DNA of 64,000 nt from an uncultured Planctomycetota bacterium (GCA_963845755.1 CAWJTV010000036.1:224001-288000), one strand, 5' to 3'. Counted from the stretch's first letter, positions 23,258-35,236 are shown. Notes: generated by a model not told the origin, from the sequence alone. Numbers and translations: made by a program.

Positions 23258-23785
23258 ATGGTCTCGCAAGGCCGCGGAACCGCCGTGATTGCCATGTTAC
23301 TCGGTTTGATACCGGGTTGTTCGAGTGGGCCGACCGAGAGCTCAACGATCCGACAGGCCGAACGGCTGACCTTGTACGAGGGCCTCCCGCACCCGATGTA
23401 CGAACCGACTGCGCTCGCAGCGGAGAAGAAGGCCAAGCCGACCGTCGAGTTGCACGGCTTTCCGTTCTATCGCGAGGCCCTCGAAGTGAAGGCGGGGGAC
23501 GATGAGAAGCTCAAAGCCTTGCTGGCGGATCCGCGGACGCTCGAGCCATTCTCCGGCGAGAAGCGATGTGGGGGCTTCCATCCCGACTATGCGGTCGAAT
23601 GGTCGGTTGGCGGTAAGATTCGCTCGGGCTTGATCTGCTTCGGTTGCGGTGAGGTCATGATCTATGGACCGACGGGTGAGGCGCGCTACGATATCCGAAA
23701 CGATGCCCGCCGGCCGCTCCAGGACCTACTCACGCCCTACCGAAAGAACCGGCCACCACGCGACACGTCCCGTCTCGAAGGTTGA
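23258..23785 (+). CDS. Hypothetical lipoprotein
   Basis: LIPGC lipobox; conserved-looking YEGLPHP, CGGFHPDY, CFGC. Confidence 0.7.
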   Translation: MVSQGRGTAVIAMLLGLIPGCSSGPTESSTIRQAERLTLYEGLPHPMYEPTALAAEKKAKPTVELHGFPFYREALEVKAGDDEKLKALLADPRTLEPFSGEKRCGGFHPDYAVEWSVGGKIRSGLICFGCGEVMIYGPTGEARYDIRNDARRPLQDLLTPYRKNRPPRDTSRLEG

Positions 23786-24007
23786 TTTTCGTTGATCCGA
23801 TCGCTCCGGCGGTGCCGGAGAGCCGCAGTCGCCCTGGATCGTGAACGCGCGCTTCTCGCGACTGGAGGCCCTTGACCCATCCCGGCATGGGCTTCGTAAT
23901 ATAAGAACAGGCGGGCCGTCCTACGACTCGCCCGGATTTCCGGGCTCGACCTTGAGCGGGAAGGTTGCCGAGGTGGAGTTGCGGATCACTTTGATAGGAG
24001 CACACCA

Positions 24008-24901
24008 ATGTTTTCGCTGGTGCGGGGCGGTGGCAGATTCCCCTTGATGGCGCTGGTCCTGGCGTCGGGGATCTGGGTCTTCTCCGGTTCATCGGCCATG
24101 GCCCACGGCGGTGGTGGTGGCGGCGGCGGACATGGAGGTGGTGGCGGGGGCCACATGGGCGGCATGGGCATGGGCGGCATGGGCATGGGTGGCATGGGCA
24201 TGGGTGGCATGGGCATGGGCGGCATGGGCATGGGCCACATGGGCGGCTTCGGCGGCTTTGGCAACCGCGGCTTTGGTGGGTTCGGCGGGATTGGGTTCTT
24301 CCCGGGCTTCTATGGTCTGGGTTACGGCGGTTATGGCCTGGGCTACGGCGGCTATGGCCTGGGTTACGGGCTGGGCTACGGCGGTTATGGCTATGGCTAC
24401 CCCTTCTACGGCGGTTACGGGATGGGCTATGGCTCTCCCTACTACGGCGGTTACGGGATGGGCTATGGCTACCCCTACTCCGGCTACGGCTATGGCGGTT
24501 ACGGAGGCTCTAGTGGGTATGGCTATCCTCTCACGACCGCGGGTTACAACGCTCCGGCCGGTGGCTTCGGCTATTCATCGGCTTACGTGGCTCCCGGCGC
24601 CGGCGCCGTTACCACGGCGTCCCCTCGAGGTCGCTATCTCGGGATCGACGAGGAGCCGACGGTCGACGCGAACGGCGTGCGGGGCATGAAAATTACCAAC
24701 GTCTATCCGGGAACCGCCGCGGAGAAGGCCGGTCTCCAGATAGGCGACGTGATCCACTCCATCAATGGCTACGTCACCGAACAGCGTGGAAACCTGGCCT
24801 GGATCATCGCCAATGCGGCTCCGGCGAACGTCCTCAAGATGAACGTCCGCACCGTCCGTGATGGGAAAGAGTACACCGTCACGGCCCAGATCCCGTCATG
24901 A
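24008..24901 (+). CDS. Secreted Gly/Tyr/Met-rich low-complexity protein with C-terminal PDZ domain
   Basis: Signal peptide, (GGMGM)n and (GYGG)n repeats, YLGI...VYPGTAAEKAGLQIGDVIHSING. Confidence 0.85.
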   Translation: MFSLVRGGGRFPLMALVLASGIWVFSGSSAMAHGGGGGGGGHGGGGGGHMGGMGMGGMGMGGMGMGGMGMGGMGMGHMGGFGGFGNRGFGGFGGIGFFPGFYGLGYGGYGLGYGGYGLGYGLGYGGYGYGYPFYGGYGMGYGSPYYGGYGMGYGYPYSGYGYGGYGGSSGYGYPLTTAGYNAPAGGFGYSSAYVAPGAGAVTTASPRGRYLGIDEEPTVDANGVRGMKITNVYPGTAAEKAGLQIGDVIHSINGYVTEQRGNLAWIIANAAPANVLKMNVRTVRDGKEYTVTAQIPS

Positions 24902-24932
24902 TCGGGTCTCGGTCCACAGGGGAGCCCCGTCT

Positions 24933-25358
24933 TCAGCCGATCGACCGGTTCGGGTTCCGGCTCGAGGCGGGAATCCCGGTGGGTGCGGTCGAGACGTTGT
25001 CCCGATCGTCTTCATTCACCCATTCGGCGCGGCTCCAGTCCCTCATGAGGAACATCACGGCGAGGACGACCAGGCTGGCGACTGCCAGGAGGCCGCTGGG
25101 CATGAACTTGCGCGTCTTGACCGCATATCGGTAGCCGAACAGCAGGAAGAGAACAATCGAGAGAATCAGCCCCAGAGGGGTCCCCCATCGGCTGTTGCCG
25201 ATCGAGAGGCCCAGGGCCGTGAAGGCAGCGAGTGCGCTGATCGACCCGGCGATCAAGGACGCACGGCTGCCGGCCTTCAGGTATCCGATCAAACCGCCCA
25301 CGGCCAGCAACACCGCATAGATTCCCAGCGTGACCTGTCCCACAATCGGGCTGTTCAT
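24933..25358 (-). CDS. TMEM14 family membrane protein
   Basis: YAVLLAVGGLIGYLKAGSRASLIAG...KTRKFMPSG. Confidence 0.9.
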   Translation of the reverse strand: MNSPIVGQVTLGIYAVLLAVGGLIGYLKAGSRASLIAGSISALAAFTALGLSIGNSRWGTPLGLILSIVLFLLFGYRYAVKTRKFMPSGLLAVASLVVLAVMFLMRDWSRAEWVNEDDRDNVSTAPTGIPASSRNPNRSIG

Positions 25359-25724
25359 TCGAGGAGCCTCTCGGGATCTTGGGGAGTGAATTCCGTTGTA
25401 AGTTAGGCACCGATTCCCGGGACGTCAACGACCGGGTGCATGGATCACCTGGCGAAAGTCATGCCGGAGACCGAGACGCCCGATCGGCTGGGGTTCGATG
25501 CCCGAACCGACCGTCGTCAAGGCGGCGAGACAACCGGGGAATGGGAGAACGCGGCGAGATCGGCTTTTGCCGCCGGGGCTGTCGCGGTCTCTCAATCCGG
25601 AGGGGTGGTTCCGGTTGAGAGTCCGCGAGTCGCCTCGCCGGCCGGTGCGGGCCGGTCTCGCCGCGTGGGGACCATGAGCGGCAAGGAAGTATCAAACCCC
25701 GGGATTCGACGTCGTGGGGGTCGA

Positions 25725-26230
25725 TCAGGGCTGGGGGTTGCCTCCTTGCGCCGCGTCGGGTGGGGGCACATTGCCCGCTCCACCGGGTGGCGGTACGGCA
25801 CCAGCACCCGGTGCGGCACCGGGTTGCACGGGAACGACACCCCCTGGACCGGGAACGCCCGCCGGACCGGGGACAGGCCCCGGAATGGGAGGCACCGGGA
25901 TCACGCCGCCTCCAAGAGGCACACCGGCGCCGGGGCGCCCATGCCAGATGGGACGGTGCCGACGGGCCCCGGCGGCGGCCCCGGCTCGATCCCCATTGCA
26001 CGCATTCGTGCCCGTTGCGTCGCGGCCTGGGTATTGGCCCAGGGGAAGTCCGGACTGCTCGGGAAGTACTGGACGTCATCGTGCATGTACCGGCCCGAGG
26101 GCAACGTCATGCCGCCGTATTCCACCTGGCAGCCGACCGAGGGCAGGATCACCCCCATGGCCAGCGCCGACCATTGCGCGATGCGCCGCCTCGTGGACCG
26201 TCGCGGCGATCTCTTGCGGGGCAACCCCAT
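25725..26230 (-). CDS. Pro/Gly-rich hypothetical lipoprotein (frameshifted)
   Basis: SVGCQVEYGGMTLPSGRYMHDDVQYFP followed by a Pro-rich tail. Confidence 0.6.
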
Positions 26231-26869
26231 TGTCTCCACCCTCCTTGGCGTATTCGGCGGCCCCTCGGTTCCGTCCTTCGAGGGAGGACTCACCGCCGTC
26301 GGGGCGTCCATTCCTGGTCCCGCCCGCCCGAGCCCGTCCCACCTGCGGGGTCCGATCCCTCGCGGTCGAGCCGAGCGAGTTGCGCCGACTCCGCTGCCGC
26401 CTGGGGCCATCGACCTTGCGGTGCGGTCGTCGGGTTTCTTACTGGGTTACCAAATCGGTCGGATTCCCCTTCCCGGACCAATGATTCCGTTCATTTTGAA
26501 GAAAACTCCATTGCTCAGCCTGCGGAATGGTCCCGATGGGCCGATTCGCCCGCTTGATCCGGATCGTCGGACGTAGCAGCCCCTCCTCAACACCCGATCC
26601 TCGCTACGCCCGGGATCCGGATGCCCGTGCCACATCCTTCCGATCCCTTGGGGCCGACGAGACTTGCCGGTTTTTCTGCGGGTTTTTACTCTTGTCGATC
26701 TGGCGGAAATGTGTTAGCCTTCCGTTGGGGAACAGCCGTCTACTATTCGATGAGAGCCGATCTGACCTGCGCCACGAAATCCACGTCGATGCGGTGGTCG
26801 GATTCGGGCGTGACGGCATGCGGGCTCGGCGCACGGTGCTGACGAGGGCTTGAGGGGAGGGTCGAGGCG

Positions 26870-27455
26870 ATGGCCGATTTGAACAAGGTGTTTCTGATAG
26901 GTCGAACTGGTCGGCGACCCGGTGTTGCGACGGACACCCAACGGGACGGCGGTGACCGATCTGGGCATAGCCACCACCCGTTCCTGGGCGGGCCCCGACG
27001 GTGATCGTCGCGAGGAGACGCTGTTCATCGATGTAACCGTCTGGGATCGCCAGGCCGAGAACTGTTGCCAGTTCTTGCGGAAAGGGAGGACCGTCCATGT
27101 GGAAGGATTCCTCCGCAAGGATTCCTGGGAAGACAAGACCACGGGCGAGAAGCGGTCGAAGATTCGCCTGATCGCCGAGCGCGTGCAATTTCTCGACTCC
27201 CGGCCGGCCGATTCCGCCGGAGGAATGGGCGGTGGTGCCGGGATGGACGACGACCTCGCACCGTCGCCGCCGCCGGCCCGTGATGCCGGCATGCGCCGGG
27301 GCGGTCCCGCACCGGCCAGAGGACCCGGGGGCGGTTACGGCGAGGTCCGCGGCCCGGCCAACGGACCGGGGCGAGCCCCTTATCCACCGCCCGGCGGTCC
27401 AGGCGGCCCTCCCCCGATGGACGATGAACGAGAAGAAGACGATATCCCGTTCTGA
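26870..27455 (+). CDS. ssb: Single-stranded DNA-binding protein (frameshift near 26905)
   Basis: MADLNKVFLIGR...DPVLRRTPNG, FIDVTVW, C-terminal DDIPF; SD GGAGG. Confidence 0.95.
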
Positions 27456-27473
27456 GCCGCCCTGCGTTCGGCG

Positions 27474-27493
27474 CGGGCCGAGAACCCGGCCCG
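27474..27493 (+). terminator. GC hairpin after ssb
   Basis: GGGCCGAGAACCCGGCCC inverted repeat; no clear U-tract. Confidence 0.3.
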
Positions 27494-27873
27494 TGGCCCC
27501 TGAGTCGGGAGCTCTGTGAGCATCGGAGCGGGCCTGCTCGGAGGATTGGTGCTTGCAGAGCACGCTACAGACCAACGGACGAGACGACTAGCGCACAAAC
27601 GCACCGATTGGTCGAAAGTGGCCCCCCACGTTACTTTAGAGCGAGATTCCCGCGGGCGCATGTGCCGCCACTGCCACCGAACCGATCGAAAACCTCAGTC
27701 ACGAACGGGTTTCCCGGCGTTTACGATCGGTTCCATGAACCCTCGCTCCCGGGATCGGCGAGACTCATCGGTGACGTGCACGAAGGACTCCGGAGCCAGC
27801 GTCCCGAGAGCCACCTTCCTTCCAACCCAACCTGCCGGAGCTGGATTAGAACAGGAACGAAACGAGCGGATCC

Positions 27874-28515
27874 ATGGCCAAGACGACTGACAGCAAAGCC
27901 AAGCCCAAGCGCACAGCGAGCAAGACCAAGACCTCGTCCTCGACGACCGACAGTTCCACGGCGACTCTCAGGGGCCCGTCGGCGGCCCAACCCCGGCAGC
28001 CGGGCGTCGAGCGTCGGCGCAACCATCCCATCCGCGCCAAGCATGGTTACATTCAATTGATCCTGACTCAGGCGATGCCTCATCTCGGTCAGGCCGGCGA
28101 CCTGGTGAAGGTCCGCCCGGGCTTCGCACGCAACTACCTGGTACCGCAGGGTTTGGCGACGTTCGCGACTCAGAATAACCTGCGGATGGTGGATAAGCAC
28201 CGCCAGCGGCTCAAGGAGCTGGAGGAGGCTCGGCGTGCCGACCTGCAAAATCTGGGGGCCCAGATCGCCCAGCGCTCGCTGACCATCGAAGCCAATGCCA
28301 ACGCCGAAGGACACCTTTACGGCTCGGTCAACTCCGAACAGATTTCCGCAGCCCTTCGAACGGAGGGCTTCCCGATCGACCCGGAAAATGTCCGGATCGA
28401 GGGACCTCTCAAGGAGCTGGGGCTCTACACGATCAAGATCCACCTGGCCCAGGACATCGCCAGCGAGGTCAAACTCTGGGTCGTCCCGACCCATACCGAA
28501 GAAGCCGTTGGTTGA
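27874..28515 (+). CDS. rplI: 50S ribosomal protein L9 with N-terminal extension
   Basis: LGQAGDLVKVRPGFARNYLVPQG, GHLYGSV, LKELGLY. Confidence 0.97.
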   Translation: MAKTTDSKAKPKRTASKTKTSSSTTDSSTATLRGPSAAQPRQPGVERRRNHPIRAKHGYIQLILTQAMPHLGQAGDLVKVRPGFARNYLVPQGLATFATQNNLRMVDKHRQRLKELEEARRADLQNLGAQIAQRSLTIEANANAEGHLYGSVNSEQISAALRTEGFPIDPENVRIEGPLKELGLYTIKIHLAQDIASEVKLWVVPTHTEEAVG

Positions 28516-28964
28516 GATTCGGGCGGAGGGAGGTCGCTGTCGGAGACCACCCCGAGACTTCCCCTGCGCCTCGAGTGGCTCCGCCGAACTCGAGGACGGA
28601 TCCTGGATTCCGCTCTCCAGGTGGCGATTCTCCACGCCGTTCCTGGAATCCCGAATCTGGAATCCGTCCGATCAAGGGCCGTTCGCTCGGCGAAGGGACG
28701 CCACGGAGTATAGAATAGATTGCAGTTGACATCATCGGCTCGCCTTGGTACAAACGTCCAGTAAGAGATGATGCCGACCGGAGCCGGGGCGATTTTGTGG
28801 GGCATCCTGGATTTGTGGAGGATATCTTCCGAAAGGAATCGAGGAGTTCGACCCGGCGACGGTGGGATCGCATCAAGCGGTGGCGTCGAGCCGGCTCGTG
28901 AGGGGATCGCCCCCATGCGAGTCGTGCGCAGAAAAGAGGCGATAGCCACGGAGCTTGACGGACG

Positions 28965-30399
28965 ATGTCGGCGGTCAACAACGGTCCCGGGAATGGCAAG
29001 GGGAACTATAACGGCTCCGGTCGTGTGGCCAAGCCCGACACGACCGCGCTGGGCGATCGGTTGCCGCCGCAGAATCTCGAGGCCGAGATGAGCGTGCTGG
29101 GCAGCATCCTGCTGGACAATGACGTCCTGCATGAAGTCATCCCGATCCTCGGGGTCGGCGATTTCTACCGCGACGCTCATCAGATCATGTATGAGGCGAT
29201 TCGCGAGCTGTACGACCTGGGCAAGGGCGTCGACGCAGTGACCCTGGCCGATGAGCTGATCCGGCGCGATCAGTTCCAGAAGATCGGCGGGGATGAGACG
29301 CTCCATGAGATCGTGGACTTCGTCCCGCACGCGGCCAACGCCAAGTATTACGCCGGGATCGTCCGGGAGAAATCGATCAGCCGGCAATTGATCGACGGCG
29401 CGACCGAGATCATCCGCGAGGGTTATTCCAACCAGTACACCGCGCAGGACCTGCTGGAATCGGCCGAGCGGAAGATCTATGGAATCGCCGAGGACCAGGT
29501 CCAGGGCGAGACGATCGAGGTGAAGGACCTGGTCATCAAGGCGATGGACGAGATCGCCCGGCGAGCCGATTCGGGCGGGCATGTCATCACGGGGGTGGCC
29601 TCGGGCCTGAATGACCTGGACGACATCACCGGCGGGTTCCAGCCCGGTCAGCTCGTCATCCTCGCCGCCCGTCCCAGCATGGGCAAGACCGCGATGGCGC
29701 TGAATGTCTGCGACCATGCCGGCGTCCACCTCAAGGTCCCCGTGCTCTTCGTCAGCCTGGAGATGGGCCACATGGAGATCGCCTTGCGGCTCCTCGGCGC
29801 CGGCGCGAGTGGACGGCTACAAGCTGCGGACCGGCATGAAGATGCAGCTCGAGATGAATAAGCTGGTGAAGGCTTACAATGAGCTGAGGGCCGCTCAGAT
29901 CTTCATCGATGATACACCCGCCCGCAACATGCTCCAGATCACGGCCTCGTCGCGGCGGCTCAAGCTTCGCAAGGAGCTCGGCCTGATCGTGGTCGATTAC
30001 ATCCAACTGGTCGACTCGGAGGACTCGCGCGACAGCCGGCAGGAACAGATCGCCAAGATCAGCCGGCGGCTCAAGACGCTGGCCCGCGAGCTCGAAGTCC
30101 CCGTCATCGCCCTGTCCCAGTTGAACCGCGCCGTCGAGAGCCGCGAGGACCGCCGCCCTCGCATGGCCGATCTTCGCGAATCCGGCGCGATCGAGCAGGA
30201 TGCAGACATCGTATTACTCCTTCATAGACCGGACTATTACGACGCCAACGACCAGCCGGGGATCGCCGAGCTGATCATCGCCAAGAACCGCAACGGGGCG
30301 ACCGATACCATCAAGCTCACCTTCCTCAAGAACCTGACCCGGTTCGAGAACTCCTCCATGGTGGTCGAGCCGATGGATGAAGGGGGAAGCCCGTTCTGA
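28965..30399 (+). CDS. dnaB: Replicative DNA helicase (frameshift near 29800)
   Basis: LPPQNLEAE, ILAARPSMGKT, VDYIQL, LSQLNR, DLRESGAIEQDAD, IAKNRNG. Confidence 0.97.
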
Positions 30400-30501
30400 A
30401 CGGGTAGACGAGGGGCGTGGAAGGCGGTTTGTGGGGTGCCCTGTGAGCACCGGGGCGCAAGCCCCAGGCCGGACGCGATACCTCGCAGCGTACCCCGCAT
30501 T

Positions 30502-32204
30502 TCACCGCATCGCCTGGGCCTCGGCGAGCATGGCCTTGGCCTCCTGGCGGGTCCCTTCGGCGGCGGAATCGCCGCGGAGCATCAGTGCGAGCTCGGCGAT
30601 GCGTTCGGACTCGTCGAGGGGCGCGATGGTGGTCCGCGACCGGCCGCGTTCGACGTGTTTGCGGATGGCCCACTGGTGGCGGGCGTAGCTGGCCATCTGG
30701 GGCAGGTGCGTCACGCAAATCACCTGGTGATGGCGCCCCAGCACGGCGAGGTTCTTGCCGAGCGCCGAGCCCAGCCGGCCGCCGACGCCGGTGTCGATCT
30801 CGTCGAAGACCAGCGTGGGGACGCGATCGACGGCGGCCAGCACCGTCTTGACGGCGAGCGTCACTCGGGACAGCTCGCCGCCGGAGGCGATCTTGCGCAG
30901 GGGGCGGGCCTCCTCGCCGGGATTGGCGGAGAAGAGCATCTCGACGCGGTCGCTTCCGGAACCGGGCGGCGCAGACGCGGTGGGGTCGTCGCCCAGCTCG
31001 CGCGGGTCGACGGCAACACTCAGCCGCGCGCCGTCGAGGCCCAGCGGCTTGAGCCGCGCCTGGATGGCCTTGGCGAAGTCCTTGGCGATCTTGCGCCGGG
31101 CGGTGGTGAGCGCGGCGGCGGCCTGCTTCAACGCGGCCCAGGCGGCGGCCAGGGGCGGATCCAGGGCGAGCAGATCGGCGTCGTCGCGGTCGAGCGCGGC
31201 GAGCTGGGCCTCGGTCGCGGCACGGCGGTCGACCAGCTCGTCGGGCGTGCAGCGGAACCGCGCGGCCAGCCGCCGATAGAGGGCCAGCCGGGCCTCGATG
31301 TCCTCGAGCCGCGCCGGGTCGTCGTCACAGCTCTGGCCCAGGTCGCGGAGGCTGAAGGCGACCTCGCGGGTCTCTTCGGCCAGCCGTTCGAGGGCCGAGG
31401 TGGCCTCGGCCAGCTCGGGCACGGCACGCGCGAGGGGGTCCAGCGAGCGCGCGACGCGCTTGAGAAGCCCTTGCGCCGAGCGGTCGGCCTCGTAGAGCAG
31501 CGCATAGCCTTCCGCGGCCGCGGTGCGGAGCTGGTCGGTGTGGGCCAGCCGCTGGGCCTCGCGCGCCAGCTCCTCGGACTCGCCCTTCCGCGGATCGGCG
31601 GCGGCCAGCTCGTCGCGCTCGAATTCCAGCAAGGCCCGTTCGCGCCGCCGCGCCGCGGCCGAGTCGATCAGCTCCTGACGCTTGCGGCGCAGCGTCTCGT
31701 GGGCCTGGCGCGCCGACCGATAGGTCTCGAGCCGGTCGCTCAGCCCGCCGTAGGCGTCCAGCAGCTCTCGCTGCCGGTCCGGGTCCATCAGGGCGCGGCC
31801 CTCGTGCTGGCCGTGGATGTCCACCAGGCGCTCGCCCAGCTTTTGCAGCGTGGCGATCGTCACCGGGAGGGCGTTGACCGTCGCGCCTCCGCGCCCTGCG
31901 CCGAGATCCGACGGGTCACGATCAGCGAGTCCTCATCGAGCACGCCGTCGCCGCCCAGGATCGCCTCGACCTCCGCCCGGAGCCCGGGATCGGCGATCTC
32001 GAAGACCGCGGCCGCGCGTGCCTCGGTCTTGCCCGAGCGGATCAGGTCGGCCGACGCCTTCTCCCCGAGGATCAAGCCCAACGCGGTCAGGAGCAGGCTC
32101 TTCCCCGCGCCGGTCTCGCCCGTCCAGGCACAGTAACCGGCCTCCAGCTCGACATGCACGTCTTCGATCAGCGCCAGGTTCTGCACCGAGAGTTCACGCA
32201 ACAC
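30502..32204 (-). CDS. recN: DNA repair protein RecN (frameshift near 31880)
   Basis: MLRELSVQNLALI, TGETGAGKS, DIHGQHE, ASGGELSR, FDEIDTGVGG, VTHLPQ. Confidence 0.97.
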
Positions 32205-32218
32205 GGCCGCCTCCTCGA

Positions 32219-32983
32219 CTAGCCGCTGATCCGCTGGATCTTCAGGTTCCTGGTGTGGAAGGCAATCGCCTCCTGGATGTGTTTATCCCAGTAGCCCCAC
32301 TCGTGCGCGCCGGGAAACTCCTGGTACTCGTGCGGGACATGAAGCGACTCCAGTTGGGCATGGAAGGCCCGGTTCTGGTCTAACAGGAAGTCGTCGGTGC
32401 CGCAATCGATCCGCATCGCGGGGGTGCGGCCGTGATCGATGCGTTCGAGGATCGCGAACGGGTCCTCCGGGCCGCCGGCAGGCGACTTGCCGAAGACCCG
32501 GTCGAACTCGGGATAGTGCTCCTTGGACCGCTTGAGGTCACCGCGCAGGAAGCCCACGGCGCCCGAATGCGAATTCACGCTGGCGAACAGGTCCGGGTGC
32601 TTCAGCCCCAGCTTGATCGCCCCGTAGCCGCCCATGGAGAGCCCGCCGATGGCGCGGCCGGAACGATCGGGTTTGACGGGGAACGTCCGCTCCACCAGGC
32701 CCATGACATCCTTGAGCAGGTCGTCCTCGAAAGCGTCGCCATCGATGGCGTTGGTATAGAACCCGCGGCCGCCATCGGGCATCACCACCACCAGGGGCCA
32801 GCCGGCGACGTAGCGCTCGATACTCGTGCGCCGCTCCCAGATCGTGTTGTCATCGGACAGGCCGTGGAGGAGGTAGAAGGTCGACCAGGGCCGGGCTGCG
32901 GCCGGCTCCTCGGGGAAAACGATGTTGAACGCGGAGGCCTTGCGGAGCGACCGGCTGAAATAGTGGATCGTGGCGAACGCCAT
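32219..32983 (-). CDS. Alpha/beta hydrolase, tributyrin esterase / S-formylglutathione hydrolase family
   Basis: YLLHGLSD, GLSMGG nucleophile, DCGTDD, GAHEW. Confidence 0.9.
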   Translation of the reverse strand: MAFATIHYFSRSLRKASAFNIVFPEEPAAARPWSTFYLLHGLSDDNTIWERRTSIERYVAGWPLVVVMPDGGRGFYTNAIDGDAFEDDLLKDVMGLVERTFPVKPDRSGRAIGGLSMGGYGAIKLGLKHPDLFASVNSHSGAVGFLRGDLKRSKEHYPEFDRVFGKSPAGGPEDPFAILERIDHGRTPAMRIDCGTDDFLLDQNRAFHAQLESLHVPHEYQEFPGAHEWGYWDKHIQEAIAFHTRNLKIQRISG

Positions 32984-33018
32984 CGTGTTGTCCTCTCCTG
33001 GGAACCGTGAAAAATGGG

Positions 33019-34624
33019 TCACTCGCGGTAGGCTTTGGCCGCGAGGAGCGGGTCATTCCGCAACATCTCGAGCGCGTCGTCGATCCGATCGAGGAGGTCC
33101 GGCAAGCGGCCGGCCGCGACGTCGGCCAGCTCGTCGGTCAACAGTTCCTCGGCGCGCGCCGGAGTCGCTGCGGGTCGGTTCGCTCGAGGATCGCCCGGAG
33201 GTCCAGGCGCTGGAGCAACGCCTTGGTGATCGGCCGCTTGGCATCCGGAAAGCTCGCCGAATGGATCAGCTCCAGCGCGATGGGGTCGTTACAGAGGGCC
33301 GCCATCGCGGCGGCCTCCGCGCCGGACGAACAGGGCAGGACGTAGCAGGTATCGTCCAGCATGACGGGCCGGCCGTTGACCGGTCCGAGGGCGCGGAAGA
33401 CCGGAGTCTTGTGCAGTCCGGAGATCGCCACCTTGTACGGTGCAAAGCTGTAGGGTCCGACGCCGAACAAGGCGAATGGGGGCCGGCCGCGGTAGATCGA
33501 CGACTTGCGTCGTTCGAACCGGCCGGCATTCGCCCGCAGGTAAGCCCAGAGCCTGGGCGCAGCTCGGCGAGCCAGGTCGTGTCGTCGCCGATCCGTTGCT
33601 GGGTGACGAGCACCGCCCGAGACGGCCGGTCGGCCCGCGGCCGCTTCAGGTCCGCCCCTTTGAGCAGCGGATAGACGAACTCGGCCTCGACGTCGACGGT
33701 CTGCCCCGTCCGGTCCTGGAGCTGTCCCGTGCCCGCGTCGATCGAGAGTTCCATCACGGCGGCGGCGTCGTGCTTGAGCCCCTGCCGCCACGTCACCGGG
33801 CAGTTGCCGTCGGCGAATGCACAGCGATGATGCGTCGCGCGATCGGCGATCAGCCAGCCGCGCGCGAAACCCATCACCGCGGCGGGTTCGCCCGATTCGA
33901 GCGCGGGATAGACCGGAATGGTCCTGTACCCGTCTCCTCCGCCCACCGTATCGGCCTTCGCCAGCGTGACGCGGAACCAGCAGGCGTCGACGGCCGCGCG
34001 GAACCAGCGCGGGGCGTCGATCCGATGAATGGTCGCGTCGGCGATGGGCAGGCCGGCGCGGTGGGCGAACTGGAGGATGCTCCGCGCCACCGAGGTCTTG
34101 CACAACATCGCGATCGTCGGCGCCTCGGCGGCGAGGTCGCGGGCCAGCTTGAGCCAGACCGCCTCTGCGACGTCAAAATTGGAGGCGCCGGTCCGGGCTT
34201 CGAGTCCGCTCAGGCCCTTGACGTTGGACTTCGGTGGCGTCTGGGCACCCGCCAAGCTTCCCAGCTCGGCATTCGTGACCCACGGCGGATTGCCGACGAC
34301 CAGCAAGGGACCGCCTCTTCGCCAGCGAAGGTCGCGCCCCAGGTCGAGCCGGAAGAGGTCCGCGCAGGTGATCGTCACCCCGCCGCCGCGGTCGCCGAAC
34401 CGCGCCACGCGCTCGCCCGCTGCCCGGCAGTGCGCCGGCTGGATCTCGATGGCCTGGATCTCGCAGGGCGGCGATGCGTGCTCGAGCAGCCCGGCCAGAA
34501 AGTGCCCCTGGCCACAGGTCGGCTCCAGCACCCGAGGCCAACGCGCACCGATCGGCCCCAGGGTGTCCAGCACCGCGGCGACAAGCTCGGGCGGAGTCTG
34601 GAAGTCACCAAGGTCCCGTCGCAC
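33019..34624 (-). CDS. N6-adenine DNA methyltransferase (gamma class, frameshifted)
   Basis: GDFQTP, motif I LEPTCGQGHF, motif IV GNPPW, TRD-like GVGPYSFAPYKVAISG. Confidence 0.85.
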
Positions 34625-34691
34625 GCGTTTCGGTTCCCAGTGGTCAGTGGTCAGGAAGGAGACATCGATTTGCTGAACACTGAACCCGGCG

Positions 34692-35024
34692 TTATTTGAT
34701 CTTCGCCCCTACCACGCAGGTCGGATCGTCCAGCGTGAGCAGGATCACCTTCTCTTCCGAGGTCGCCGCCAGGAGCATCCCGTTGGAGGTCTCGCCGCGT
34801 AGCATGGCCGGCTCCAGGTTGTTGACCACCACGATCAACTTCCCCACGAGCTGTTCCGGTGTGTAGTGCTGCCGGATCCCCGCCACGATTTGTTTCTGCT
34901 GTTCACCCACGTCGATCTGTAAGAGCAGCAGCTTGTCCGCATTGGGGTGCGGCCGGGCCTCCAGGACCTTGGCCACCCGTAACTCCAGCTTGGCGAAATC
35001 TTCGTACTTGATCGGATCGGCCAT
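34692..35024 (-). CDS. tRNA-binding OB-fold protein (MetRS C-terminal / Trbp111-like)
   Basis: DFAKLELRVAKV...HPNADKLL...QIVAGI...NLEPAMLRGETSNGMLLA. Confidence 0.9.
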   Translation of the reverse strand: MADPIKYEDFAKLELRVAKVLEARPHPNADKLLLLQIDVGEQQKQIVAGIRQHYTPEQLVGKLIVVVNNLEPAMLRGETSNGMLLAATSEEKVILLTLDDPTCVVGAKIK

Positions 35025-35236
35025 CGCGATTTGGTCCTTGGTTCTTGGTCCTTGGTTGGATGACAAGCAGCCCCGCGATGTTGGGCGCGGGTCCCCTGAC
35101 CCTGCCCATGGTCCGACCGTAGGTCTCCCGGATTTGACCAGGAATCGCTGAGACCAAGGCGTGGGGACGATGGACCCAGGACCCGCTAGCCTAGCCGTTA
35201 GCTCGAAAGGCTGTCAAGTCTAATGTGTACAAAAGT

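Noticed and set aside
18555..23900. Integron cassette array
   Set aside because: No recurrent attC-like palindromes or integrase recognisable by eye.
26870..32204. ssb, dnaB and recN as pseudogenes or programmed frameshifts
   Set aside because: Essential genes with intact motifs, no slippery-site pattern, and the same indel noise across the window.
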